Shown one piece after another: positions 19,761 through 28,687 of a DNA stretch of 64,000 bases. The notes beneath the pieces are model-generated. The model saw only the letters and a program-made list of their open reading frames with translations, made no database searches and had not been told where the DNA came from. The DNA comes from Planctomycetota bacterium (lineage in GTDB: Bacteria > Planctomycetota > PLA2 > JAEUHO01), in NCBI GenBank assembly GCA_050248855.1, contig JBFWRP010000001.1:1-64000 (forward strand). The letters are read 5' to 3'. How positions within the stretch are numbered: the stretch's first letter is position 1; each line of letters begins with the position of its first letter. A program made the position numbers and the translations under genes.

Positions 19761-20924
19761 ATGCCGGAGGCCCCGCCCCCGCGGCGCCGTCGACGCATCC
19801 TGCGGGGCGCCCTGGTCCTTCTCGTGGTGGTGACCGCCACGGCTGCGGTGTTGCTCGTGCCCCGCTGGCGTGGGGTGCGGCTCTGGCTGGACCTGACCGG
19901 CGACGGTGCCCTGACCCTGGGCGCACGCACCCTCCACGCCGTGCCCCTGACGCCCGAGGAGGCCAAGGCCCCCTGGGCGCCCAAGGCGTGGCTGGCCTCG
20001 TTCCCGCCGGCGCAGGGCGAGGCGAAGACGCTGCCGGGTCTGTTGTTCGTCCACGGCCTCGCGGCGGACGGTCTGGGCGACGAGCGCATCCAGCGGGCCG
20101 TGCATGCGTTCTGCCAAGGAGGCTTCTTCGTGCTGGCCCCCGAGGTGGCCAGTCTGCGCTGGCCCGGCGAGCGGGAGCCCGACGTCGGCGATCTGGCCCA
20201 CGAGTGGCGCCGCATGGTCACGCCGGGCGAGGCCCCCGAGGAGGCGGACCCCGAGCGCGCGGGAGGAGTCGGCGTGAGCCTCGGCGGCGCGCTCCTGCTG
20301 CGGTCCGTGGCGCACGCCGTGCGCGCAGGCGCCCAACCGCCGCGCGCGCTGCTGCTGCTCGGCGTGCCGTACGACCTCGAGCCGCTGCTCGCCGCGTGGA
20401 GCGGAGCGCCGCCGTCGGGCGCGACGAAGGGCGAGCTCGACGACCATGCGTTCGCCCGGCACGCCGTGCTGCAGGCGGCGGCCGGCGAGCTGTTCGCGGA
20501 CCGACCCGACGTCCACCGCGCGGTCCAGGCGTGGCTCGGGGCCGCCCAGGTGCCTGCGGGCCGGCCGGCCACGGACGACGCGGACGCACTCGCGTTTGCC
20601 GCCTTCGCCGTGGACCCCACGGCGGATCGCACATGGCACCAACGCGTACGCGACGCGGCGTGGGCGCGCTTGGGCCCGCTGTCCCTCGCGCAGCACGTGG
20701 ACGAGCTGGAGGTCCTGTCAGCCGTCCCGGTCTACCTCGTGCACGGGCGCGGCGATCGTCTCGTGCCCGTCGACCAGATGAGGGCGTTGGCCAAGCACCT
20801 GCCGCGGGCGCACGTTCTCGAGAGCTCGCTGCTCGGTCACGCCGACATCGGGTCGGCCACGCTCGCCGAACGCTGGGCCCACGTCGTGGACGTGGACGAC
20901 TTCCTCGACGAGGTGGACCCGTGA
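19761..20924 (+). CDS. Membrane-anchored alpha/beta hydrolase
   Basis: N-terminal TM; LLFVHG, nucleophile elbow GVSLGG, HGRGDRLVP and C-terminal GH (Ser-Asp-His triad order). Confidence 0.75.
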   Translation: MPEAPPPRRRRRILRGALVLLVVVTATAAVLLVPRWRGVRLWLDLTGDGALTLGARTLHAVPLTPEEAKAPWAPKAWLASFPPAQGEAKTLPGLLFVHGLAADGLGDERIQRAVHAFCQGGFFVLAPEVASLRWPGEREPDVGDLAHEWRRMVTPGEAPEEADPERAGGVGVSLGGALLLRSVAHAVRAGAQPPRALLLLGVPYDLEPLLAAWSGAPPSGATKGELDDHAFARHAVLQAAAGELFADRPDVHRAVQAWLGAAQVPAGRPATDDADALAFAAFAVDPTADRTWHQRVRDAAWARLGPLSLAQHVDELEVLSAVPVYLVHGRGDRLVPVDQMRALAKHLPRAHVLESSLLGHADIGSATLAERWAHVVDVDDFLDEVDP

Positions 20925-23131
20925 GCGGCGCCCGCGCCGCGCGCTTCGGTGCGCTGGCCCTCGCCCTGGTGCTCGGCGCCGTCGTGGCGTATGCGGCATG
21001 GGGGACGCGGGGCGGCGCAGGCGCCCGCCTCGACTTGATCCGCGACTGGGCGCCGGACGAGGACGTGGCCCTCTGGACGGCCGAGTGGGAGCGGCGTGCC
21101 CCACAGCACCTCGAGCTCGGGGATCCGCCGGGGGACGGTCCCGTCCACGAGGCGCGCTACTGGTTGTCGCGCGGCAGCCACGTCCTCGAGCTCAAACGCC
21201 GGGGCGATCGCCTGTTCCTGCGCACGTTCGGGGTCGACGAGCAGACCCTGGGTGGGGGCTGGGGCGCGCTGGCCGAAGGTCGCATCCACGGGGGGACGGA
21301 CGACGCCCCGTTCGGAGGCGCCGTGGCCACGTTCACCTGGAGCTGCCTCGGGGTCCGCTACCGCCAGGCCAGCTCCGGCATCGGGCGCCTCGTGTTCGAT
21401 GCGACGGGCGAGCTGGCGCGCGCCACGTACATGGCGTTCGAGGACTTCGACACGTGGCTCGAGGCCGACGCCGTGGTCGCGCGCGGGGATCCGCCTCCCC
21501 GTGGAACCCTGGAGGGCCAGGTCCTGATGCCGGCCGACGCGCCGCGCTTCCGCCCGGACGTGGACTACTCCGTGCGCGTGGAGGTCGTGGAGCGGGACGG
21601 CGGGCCGGTCGCCGAGGCGCTGGTCCAGGTGATGGCGCACGACGCGTCGCGCGTGCGGACCGACGAGAGCGGTCGCGCCGAGGTCACGTTCCCGGGACGT
21701 GCGTGGCCCGTCGCCGTCGTGATCACGGCGGGCCATCCGGACTACCGCAACGGCGACGTCGTCGCGTTTGCGGACGACGCGGACGTGCGCTGGGTGGCCC
21801 GCGGCCGGGCGCGTGGCACGTTGCGCATCGAGCTCGACCCGCGCGTGCCCGGCGACGACCCGGCCTACCGCTTCGTGCCGCCGCATCCCGATCACGATGT
21901 CGACGACGTCATGGCCTGCGGCACATGCCACGTGCCGCAGTACCAGGAGTGGCTCGGCTCGCGCCATGCGCGCATGGACGACCACGGCCATGTGCTCCAC
22001 GAACGATCGCGCCATATCGAGGCCGGGCGCGACGTCGAGGCCTGCGACGGCTGCCATCGCCCCGGGCATGCCCTCGAGCCCTCGCCTACGCCGCGTGGGC
22101 TGCTCGACGCCAACCACTGCGACCTCTGCCACAAGATCGCGGCCGTCGCCGATGTGCGCGAGGACGGCGTCCTGGGGGCCTACGTGATGGGACGTCCGTC
22201 GCCCGACGCGCCCTCGCGCCCGGGGACGATCCACCAGGTCTTCGGCACGCGACCGGACGTCACCTACCTCTGGATGGGCGCGGTCTGGAACCCGCTGTTC
22301 GGCGCCAGCCACCTCTGCGCCGGCTGCCACCAGGGCGCGGGCGGATGGCGGGAGGAACGACTGCCCAAGCTTGCCACGTTCGACGAGTGGACGCGCTGGG
22401 CGCTCGCCGTGGGGCCCGACCGCGCCCAGTCGTGCCAGGACTGCCACATGCGCGCCGGGGGATCGCGGGACGTGGACGGCAACCCGGTCGTGCAGCTGGC
22501 TTGGGATGGCCTGCACCGCACGCCGTGGCAGGTGCATGCGCATGACTTCGTCGGCGTGTCGCCCGGTCGCCTGGGCGAAGCGCTCGACGTGGAGACCACG
22601 AGCACGCATGGCGCGGACATCGTGGAGGTGCGCGTCCGCGTGACCAACCGCGGGGCCGGTCACAAGGTGCCCACGGGGACGTGGAGCAAGCACCTGGTCC
22701 TCGGCGTGTGGGCGCGCCAAGGTGGACGGGATCTCGCGCTCGTGGAGGGTCCGCGAGCCTGGCTGGATGCGCGCGCCGGCGAGCCCGCGGGGCGCGAGCC
22801 TGGCGACTGGCGACGCCCCGCCGGGTTCGTCTTCGGCATCTCCCCACGCGCAGGCGGGGTGACGCCGTTCCGTCCGCTGGACCTGTTGGGTGCGTGGCGG
22901 GCGAGCGACGTCGAGGACACGCGTCTCGAGCCCGGAGCCACGCGCGAGCTCGTGTTCCGGTTCGCCGCTGCGGGCGACGAGCCGGCCGAGATCGACGTGC
23001 GCTGGCAGCATCGGCGCGGCGCGCTGGGCGCAAGCTCCGCGGATGCCCCCTGGCAGGTGCGCCCGCACGACCCGCCGCCGGCGCTGACCCTGGGACGCAC
23101 GGTCACGCGCAGCACCTTGCGGGGGCCGTGA
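20921..23131 (+). CDS. Membrane-anchored multidomain pentaheme c-type cytochrome (c554-like heme domain)
   Basis: GTGA overlap with the hydrolase; N-terminal TM; Ig-like segment (GGPVAEALV...RTDESGRA); five CxxCH (CGTCH, CDGCH, CDLCH, CAGCH, CQDCH); QYQEW..S.H and VTNRGAGH.VPTG. Confidence 0.87.
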   Translation: MSGARAARFGALALALVLGAVVAYAAWGTRGGAGARLDLIRDWAPDEDVALWTAEWERRAPQHLELGDPPGDGPVHEARYWLSRGSHVLELKRRGDRLFLRTFGVDEQTLGGGWGALAEGRIHGGTDDAPFGGAVATFTWSCLGVRYRQASSGIGRLVFDATGELARATYMAFEDFDTWLEADAVVARGDPPPRGTLEGQVLMPADAPRFRPDVDYSVRVEVVERDGGPVAEALVQVMAHDASRVRTDESGRAEVTFPGRAWPVAVVITAGHPDYRNGDVVAFADDADVRWVARGRARGTLRIELDPRVPGDDPAYRFVPPHPDHDVDDVMACGTCHVPQYQEWLGSRHARMDDHGHVLHERSRHIEAGRDVEACDGCHRPGHALEPSPTPRGLLDANHCDLCHKIAAVADVREDGVLGAYVMGRPSPDAPSRPGTIHQVFGTRPDVTYLWMGAVWNPLFGASHLCAGCHQGAGGWREERLPKLATFDEWTRWALAVGPDRAQSCQDCHMRAGGSRDVDGNPVVQLAWDGLHRTPWQVHAHDFVGVSPGRLGEALDVETTSTHGADIVEVRVRVTNRGAGHKVPTGTWSKHLVLGVWARQGGRDLALVEGPRAWLDARAGEPAGREPGDWRRPAGFVFGISPRAGGVTPFRPLDLLGAWRASDVEDTRLEPGATRELVFRFAAAGDEPAEIDVRWQHRRGALGASSADAPWQVRPHDPPPALTLGRTVTRSTLRGP

Positions 23132-24126
23132 TGAGGCGCCCCGTGCTTCCCGCCTCCGTCGCGCCGCTCGGCCTCCTGCTCGTCACGGCGGCGTGCGGCG
23201 GGCCCGCCGTCAACCCGTTCGAGAAGAAGATCCTCGAGGTGCCCCGTCGCGTGGGCTCCGAGGATCTCGACGATCACCTGCGCCGCCTGCAGGCCGCGGC
23301 CGCCGGTGAGCGGGCTGCGGCGCTGTGGGCCCTCTCCGATCTCGGCACGGCCGACCCGGCGCTTCGGGGCGAGCTGGCGAAGGCGCTGGCGGACCCCTCC
23401 GAGGAGCTGCGCTTCGCAGCGCTCCACGCGCTGGCCCGTCGGGGCTTGGCCCCCGGGGCCACGGGACGCGATCTCGTCGAGCCCGTGCTGCAGGCGCTCG
23501 AGTCGGACGCCGTGGGCATGCGCGCCGCCGCGCGGGACGCGGTGGCGGCCCTGGGATCGCACGCCGTGGACGGACTGGTCCAGCGGCTCGGCGCCGGTGC
23601 GGCGCGCGCACGTTGGAACGCCGCGGCGGCCCTGGAGCGGCTCGGCGCCGAGGCGGTGGCCGCAGAGGGCGCCCTGGCCGCCGCCTGGGCTCGCGAGACG
23701 GACGCGGCGGTGCAGGAGCGGTTGGCGGGCGCCCTCGCCAAGGTCGGCCCGGAGGGGGCCGCCACGCTGCTCGATGCCGTCGCGGGCTCCGATTCCGGGC
23801 GCTCCACGCTGGCGGTGGTCGCCCTGCGCTCCGCCCCGGCACCTGCGCTCGCCGGTGCGGCCCGAGCGCGGCTCCGCGAAGGCGCCGCGGCAGGTCTGCG
23901 TGATGCGGTGGCGCAGCTGGCCGCGCAGCGGCGCGACGTGGCGGAGCTGCTGGTTGCCGAGCTGGTCGGCTTGCTCGCGGACGAGGGGCCGGCTGCGCTG
24001 GACGCCGAGGACGCGCTCCTTGCGGTCGGTGAGCCCGCGCGCGCCGCGCTCGAGGGTCTCGCACGCCAGGAGGGCGCTCCCGGAGCCGAGGCGGCGCGCG
24101 ACCTCCTGGAACGGCTGGGCGACTGA
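23131..24126 (+). CDS. HEAT-repeat lipoprotein
   Basis: Lipobox LLLVTAAC; repeats such as ERAAALWAL, LADPSEELRFAALHAL and ARWNAAAALERLG; TGATG coupling to the cytochrome gene. Confidence 0.78.
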   Translation: MRRPVLPASVAPLGLLLVTAACGGPAVNPFEKKILEVPRRVGSEDLDDHLRRLQAAAAGERAAALWALSDLGTADPALRGELAKALADPSEELRFAALHALARRGLAPGATGRDLVEPVLQALESDAVGMRAAARDAVAALGSHAVDGLVQRLGAGAARARWNAAAALERLGAEAVAAEGALAAAWARETDAAVQERLAGALAKVGPEGAATLLDAVAGSDSGRSTLAVVALRSAPAPALAGAARARLREGAAAGLRDAVAQLAAQRRDVAELLVAELVGLLADEGPAALDAEDALLAVGEPARAALEGLARQEGAPGAEAARDLLERLGD

Positions 24127-24225
24127 CGGCCGCTCCCCAAAACGAGCTGCGCCGGCTTGCCAAGCAAGCCGGCGCAGTGGCTCGAGGGCCTCGAACACGT
24201 CCGCGGGCGAGCCCGCGGTGGGCGT

Positions 24226-26250
24226 CTAGAGCTTGTAGAAGTACGTGTCGATGTACTCGAGGTTGAGCATGAAGTTGTAGCCGCGCGCCATGAGGTGACG
24301 GCGCGGGTAGAACTCACCGCTCGAGAGGTAGCCGATGGCGGCCAGCGTGGCGGCCTGCACGTACTGGTCGTCGCCCTTCTCGGTGACGTCGACCAGACGC
24401 GCGTAGGTCTCCGGGCGACGGTCCTTGGTGAGGCCGAGCGCGTAGACCATGTGGCTGGCCACGAAGCCGTTGCGCATCTCCTCGCTGCGGATGAACGAGC
24501 GGATGTCGTCGGCACCTTCCTGGGTGCCCAGCAGCGCGAGGCCGAGAGCACCGTAGGAGCGCGGCGTCGGGCTCGACGTGTCGCGCACCATCTTCAGGAT
24601 CTCCTTGCCGGACTCGCCACGGCCCACGAGGCCGCACGCCAGGGCCGCGTAGCCCTTGATCACCGGGTGGGCGTCGGTACGCACCAGCTGACGCAGGCGC
24701 TCGTCACAGCCCTTCTGGATCTCCTCGGAGGCCGGGACCGCGCGGTCCTTGTTGCCGATGAGGCCCAGGGCGATGCAAGCCGCACCACGCGTGCTCGGGT
24801 TGCGCTCGTCGCTCATGCGGATGGCGTTCTCGTACGCGTCGTCGGCGCCGCCGATCGCCATGCCGAGGATGCAGTACTCGCGCATGCCGATGCGGTCGCG
24901 CTGCAGCTCGCCGCGCAGGAAGCGCAAGGCCAGGTTCTGCGGGTTCTGGGCGTTGATGCGGCCCAGGCTGATGGCGCACATGCGGCGGACGAACACGTCG
25001 TTGTCCTTGCGCAGGGCTTCACCCAGGTCCTTGATGATGTCCTTGACCGTGCCGGCCATCGCAATGCGCTGCTCGTCGATCTGGGCCTCCAGCGCCTTGA
25101 TCTTGGCCTCGTCATCGGGCGAGATCGGGATGCCGACGTACTCCTCGTAGGGAGCGCGGATGGCGGCGATCTCCCGCTCGGCGGCGGTCCGGTAGTCGAG
25201 GACGCCCAGCGCGATGGCGGCCGAACGACGCACGTGGACGTCGCGATCGGCCAGACCCTTGCGCAGGGGGGCCTCGCCGACGTTCAGGTCGCCGATGCGG
25301 CCGAACGACTCGACGGCCAGGGCGCGGTACTCGGGGCGCACGTTCTTGGTCTTGAACGCGATCTCCTCGAGGAACGTGGGGATGGCGGCGTCCTTCGTGT
25401 CGGCGCCGTTGTAGCCAAGGCCCATGAGCGCGGCCGAGACCAGCTCGTAGTAGCCGTCACGGACGTCGGCGAGCTCCTGGAGGAGGCCGGTCGCCATGGG
25501 GTGCTTGAGGTTGGTCAGCGTCAGCGCCAGGAAAGCGCGGACTTCCTCGTCGGCCTTCTTGTCGCTGGCGACCTCGTAGATCGGCAGCACCGACGTCTCG
25601 TCGGCCACGTAGAACAGGCCGAGGGCGGCCGCGCGAGCCACCTCACGCTTGCGGTGGCGGAGCTTGCCCTCGAGGAGGCGGCGCGCGTCAGCCCGCTGCG
25701 TCTCGTTGGCGGCGATGCGACCCATCGTGATGAGGGCCGACTCGGCGACGAACACGTGCTTGTGCTCGGCCATCTTCTTGAGCATCGGCCACATCTCGGC
25801 GACGCGGTTGGGATGCAACGGCTGCGGGCCGTTGCGCGTGAGGCCGGTCTCGTCCGGGGTGATCTCGCGCTTGACCCAACGGCGGGGGAAGAACTCGACG
25901 CGGTTGAGCTCCCACCAGACTTCCCACGTGCCGTTGTCGACGGCAGCGCCCTTGCGCTCCGGGCCACCACCGAGGGTCGTGCCACCCGTGGAGCCGGTCT
26001 GCGGAGGCGTCGTGGGCGGAGGCGTGGTGGGGGGCGGCGTCGACGGGCCCTCGTCGCCACCGGTCGTGTCGCCGTCGGGCGGGGGCTCGTCCGCGGGCGT
26101 CTCGGCAGGAGGCGCGTCCGCCGGGTCACGCTGACCCGTGTCGACGCTGCCGCCAGGGCGCTTGAAGCGGATGCAGGACTCAGCCGGCGACACCATCATC
26201 AGCGCGGCGAGAAGAGAACCGGCTAGCCCGGCTACGAACCATCGGGTCAT
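24226..26250 (-). CDS. Secreted HEAT-repeat protein with Pro/Thr-rich N-terminal linker
   Basis: Signal peptide, PPAETPADEPPP...PPTTPP linker, W..WWE.N motif, repeated VRRSAAIALG / TRGAACIALG units; GGAGGT SD. Confidence 0.85.
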   Translation of the reverse strand: MTRWFVAGLAGSLLAALMMVSPAESCIRFKRPGGSVDTGQRDPADAPPAETPADEPPPDGDTTGGDEGPSTPPPTTPPPTTPPQTGSTGGTTLGGGPERKGAAVDNGTWEVWWELNRVEFFPRRWVKREITPDETGLTRNGPQPLHPNRVAEMWPMLKKMAEHKHVFVAESALITMGRIAANETQRADARRLLEGKLRHRKREVARAAALGLFYVADETSVLPIYEVASDKKADEEVRAFLALTLTNLKHPMATGLLQELADVRDGYYELVSAALMGLGYNGADTKDAAIPTFLEEIAFKTKNVRPEYRALAVESFGRIGDLNVGEAPLRKGLADRDVHVRRSAAIALGVLDYRTAAEREIAAIRAPYEEYVGIPISPDDEAKIKALEAQIDEQRIAMAGTVKDIIKDLGEALRKDNDVFVRRMCAISLGRINAQNPQNLALRFLRGELQRDRIGMREYCILGMAIGGADDAYENAIRMSDERNPSTRGAACIALGLIGNKDRAVPASEEIQKGCDERLRQLVRTDAHPVIKGYAALACGLVGRGESGKEILKMVRDTSSPTPRSYGALGLALLGTQEGADDIRSFIRSEEMRNGFVASHMVYALGLTKDRRPETYARLVDVTEKGDDQYVQAATLAAIGYLSSGEFYPRRHLMARGYNFMLNLEYIDTYFYKL

Positions 26251-26496
26251 GACCACCTCCGTCGGCTTCCTGCTCGCGGATGCCGTACTTGCAAGGTCTA
26301 CAAACGCCGTACCCTAGGGCAGCGGATCGCGCGAGGCAACGGTCCTGGGCCCGCGCCAAGGGATTTCCGGGCCCTTTGCCCCCGTTGTCCGGGCCAGCCT
26401 GCTGGTAATCAGGTTTCCATCTGGCGTAGCGCGCGCGAGGGACCCCGCTCGCGAGGTCGTGGCGCGTCGGGCCCGTGAAACCGGGCGGTGGCGGCG

Positions 26497-28368
26497 CTAC
26501 GGCCCGGTGACGTCAAGGCCACCGGCAACGGGTGCAGGATCGCACGTTCCACACCAGCGGGGACCGAGCCCCAGGGCCTCCATGTAGCCGGCCGCGTCCA
26601 GCGCCGGTGGGCGCAGGACGCTCCCGGGCTTCGAGAGGCCCGGTATGCCCGGGTCGATGCACGGGTGGCGGCGCAGGACGAAGCCCTGACCGTCGGAGAG
26701 CCGGGCGCCGCCCGTGGCGAACCAGTGCATCAGGTAGAGGTTGCCCTCCTGCGTGCAGGTGCCGTTCGTGCCGTTGGCCGGGCAGTCGAGCGTGTCGTCG
26801 ATGATGTCGTGCGTGCCGCTTGCTTCGACGGTGTGGTAGAGGCCGAGGTAGTGGCAGATCTCGTGGGCGGCCACCAAGCCGAGCACCTCGGCGGAGGCGC
26901 CCACGAAGATGCACATCACCCCACCGGTGCCGACGCCCTTGCGACGCGGCCCCCCGATGGCGCCCGCTACGCCGGCGATGGTCTGCCCCGGCGGGGCGCC
27001 CATCGAGATGCGCTGCACGAAGCAGAGGTTCAGGCGGTTCTCGCTGGCGGCGCCCGTGGCCCGCAGCATGGCGCGGAACTCGGCGTCCGTCTGGACATCC
27101 GTGTAGGCAGCGTCGCCCAGGTCGTACCAGTCGACGTCGCCCAAGACGATGGCCTTGGCCGCCAGGGTGCTGCGGATCTGGTCCAGGAACGTCAGCATCC
27201 GCGCGTTCGTCGGTGCCGACGCCGCATTCACGGTGATGCCGGGCGCGAGGAACACGTTGAGCGGCAGCGCGCCGAGCTGGTCACCGCCCGGTTCGCGCCG
27301 CTCCACCACGATGCGCACGTCCACGTCGTCCTCGTCCCCCGTCACGCGCCACAGCCGCACGCTGTAGGTCCCGCCGCCGGGAACAAGCTGCAGGGGCGCG
27401 CGATCCGAGTTGGGCACCGTCGTCACGAACAGCGGCGTGCCCAGGTTCCAGCGCAGGGGCCCCGTGTTCGCCAGCGTCTCGTACGCGCGCCCATCCGGCC
27501 CGAGCAGCTCCGCCAGGCCGTACGCACCGCCCGACTCGTGCGTCGCCTCGATCGTGAACGAGATCGCATCGGCGGGCACCCCGAACGGGATCGACTCGGT
27601 GCGGCCCGTACCGTCGAACGCGAAGCGACCAAGCGCCAGGACCTCCTCGGAGCCCTCGCCCGGGCTGCGCGCGATCACGGGCAGCGCGATGTCCGCACCG
27701 AGGTCGTCGGGGCCGATCCGAGCCGTCCCGTCGGCGAGCCCGGCCGAGGTCGGCGCGTAGCGCACGGTGAGCGCGAGCGCCCCGCCGGGGGCGACGGCGG
27801 CCGGCAAGCCTCCGCCGACCAAGGACAGGCTGCTCGACGGAAGATCGATCGTCTGGATGGTCACGGTGCTGAGCGCGCTCCGGTTGACCAGGGTCACGCT
27901 GCGCTCGACGGCCTCGCCCGTGGCGAGGGTGCCGAAGTCGAGCGCCGGCGTGGAGAGGTCGAAGGCGACCGCCTCGGCGCGTGCACGCACGAGCAGCTCG
28001 ACGTCTTCGCTGGCCGTCGCTCCGACGAACCTGAGCTGGAGCGCGCGCGTGTACGTGCCGGGCGCGTCCGGGGCGAACCGCAGCGGCAGGTCCACCACTT
28101 CGCCGGCGCCCACGGGTCGCGGGAGGAAGCCCGGCACGATGGAGAACGGCGCCGCGTCCGCAACGAGCTCCAGCGTGCCCGCTGCCCCCAGGGGGTTCGT
28201 CACGGGCTGCACCACGTCGGTGGACGGCACCAGGGCGAGCGTGCCGAGCTCGATGGCACCGTCGCCACCCCCGCCGCCGCACGCCGCGGCGACGAGCAGC
28301 AGGAGGTACACGGCGATCCAGGCTCCGTGGCGGCGGGGCAGCGGCTTCAAGCAATCCCTCCCGGTCAT
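26497..28368 (-). CDS. Lipoprotein with Ig-like (choice-of-anchor-D/ASH-like) domains and a C-terminal metzincin (M43/pappalysin-like) zinc peptidase
   Basis: Lipobox LLVAAAC+GGGG; LDFG..., L.VRYAPT..G repeats; HEICHYLGLYH zinc motif; I.DT and NLYLM Met-turn. Confidence 0.82.
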   Translation of the reverse strand: MTGRDCLKPLPRRHGAWIAVYLLLLVAAACGGGGGDGAIELGTLALVPSTDVVQPVTNPLGAAGTLELVADAAPFSIVPGFLPRPVGAGEVVDLPLRFAPDAPGTYTRALQLRFVGATASEDVELLVRARAEAVAFDLSTPALDFGTLATGEAVERSVTLVNRSALSTVTIQTIDLPSSSLSLVGGGLPAAVAPGGALALTVRYAPTSAGLADGTARIGPDDLGADIALPVIARSPGEGSEEVLALGRFAFDGTGRTESIPFGVPADAISFTIEATHESGGAYGLAELLGPDGRAYETLANTGPLRWNLGTPLFVTTVPNSDRAPLQLVPGGGTYSVRLWRVTGDEDDVDVRIVVERREPGGDQLGALPLNVFLAPGITVNAASAPTNARMLTFLDQIRSTLAAKAIVLGDVDWYDLGDAAYTDVQTDAEFRAMLRATGAASENRLNLCFVQRISMGAPPGQTIAGVAGAIGGPRRKGVGTGGVMCIFVGASAEVLGLVAAHEICHYLGLYHTVEASGTHDIIDDTLDCPANGTNGTCTQEGNLYLMHWFATGGARLSDGQGFVLRRHPCIDPGIPGLSKPGSVLRPPALDAAGYMEALGLGPRWCGTCDPAPVAGGLDVTGP

Positions 28369-28687
28369 GCCCCGGTGGCTCCGGAGATGGTGGTCCCCGA
28401 GCTGTCCCGTACGCGACGTGCCGGACTCGCCCCGCCCGGGATCCTACCCGCGCCAGGGCGCCGGGCCTCGCCGTAGGCGTGCACCTCCCGGGGTGCGGAC
28501 GGACGGCTCCCATCCTGCTGCGGCGGGTCATCGCCGCTTGGATCGTCCCGGGGGGGGCAGCGCGTACGCCTCGCCTCGGGGCCGGAGCCGAGGTCGCTGC
28601 GCGGCGGCGCGCGGCGTTCGCCACCGCCGCGTCACCGCGGCCGCGGGCAAGCAACGCCTGCCGCGTCGCCTCCGCTACCTTGGCGCG

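Noticed and set aside
20921..23131. Hydroxylamine/hydrazine oxidoreductase (anammox or nitrification marker)
   Set aside because: It has only five CxxCH motifs rather than eight, and there are no associated pathway genes.
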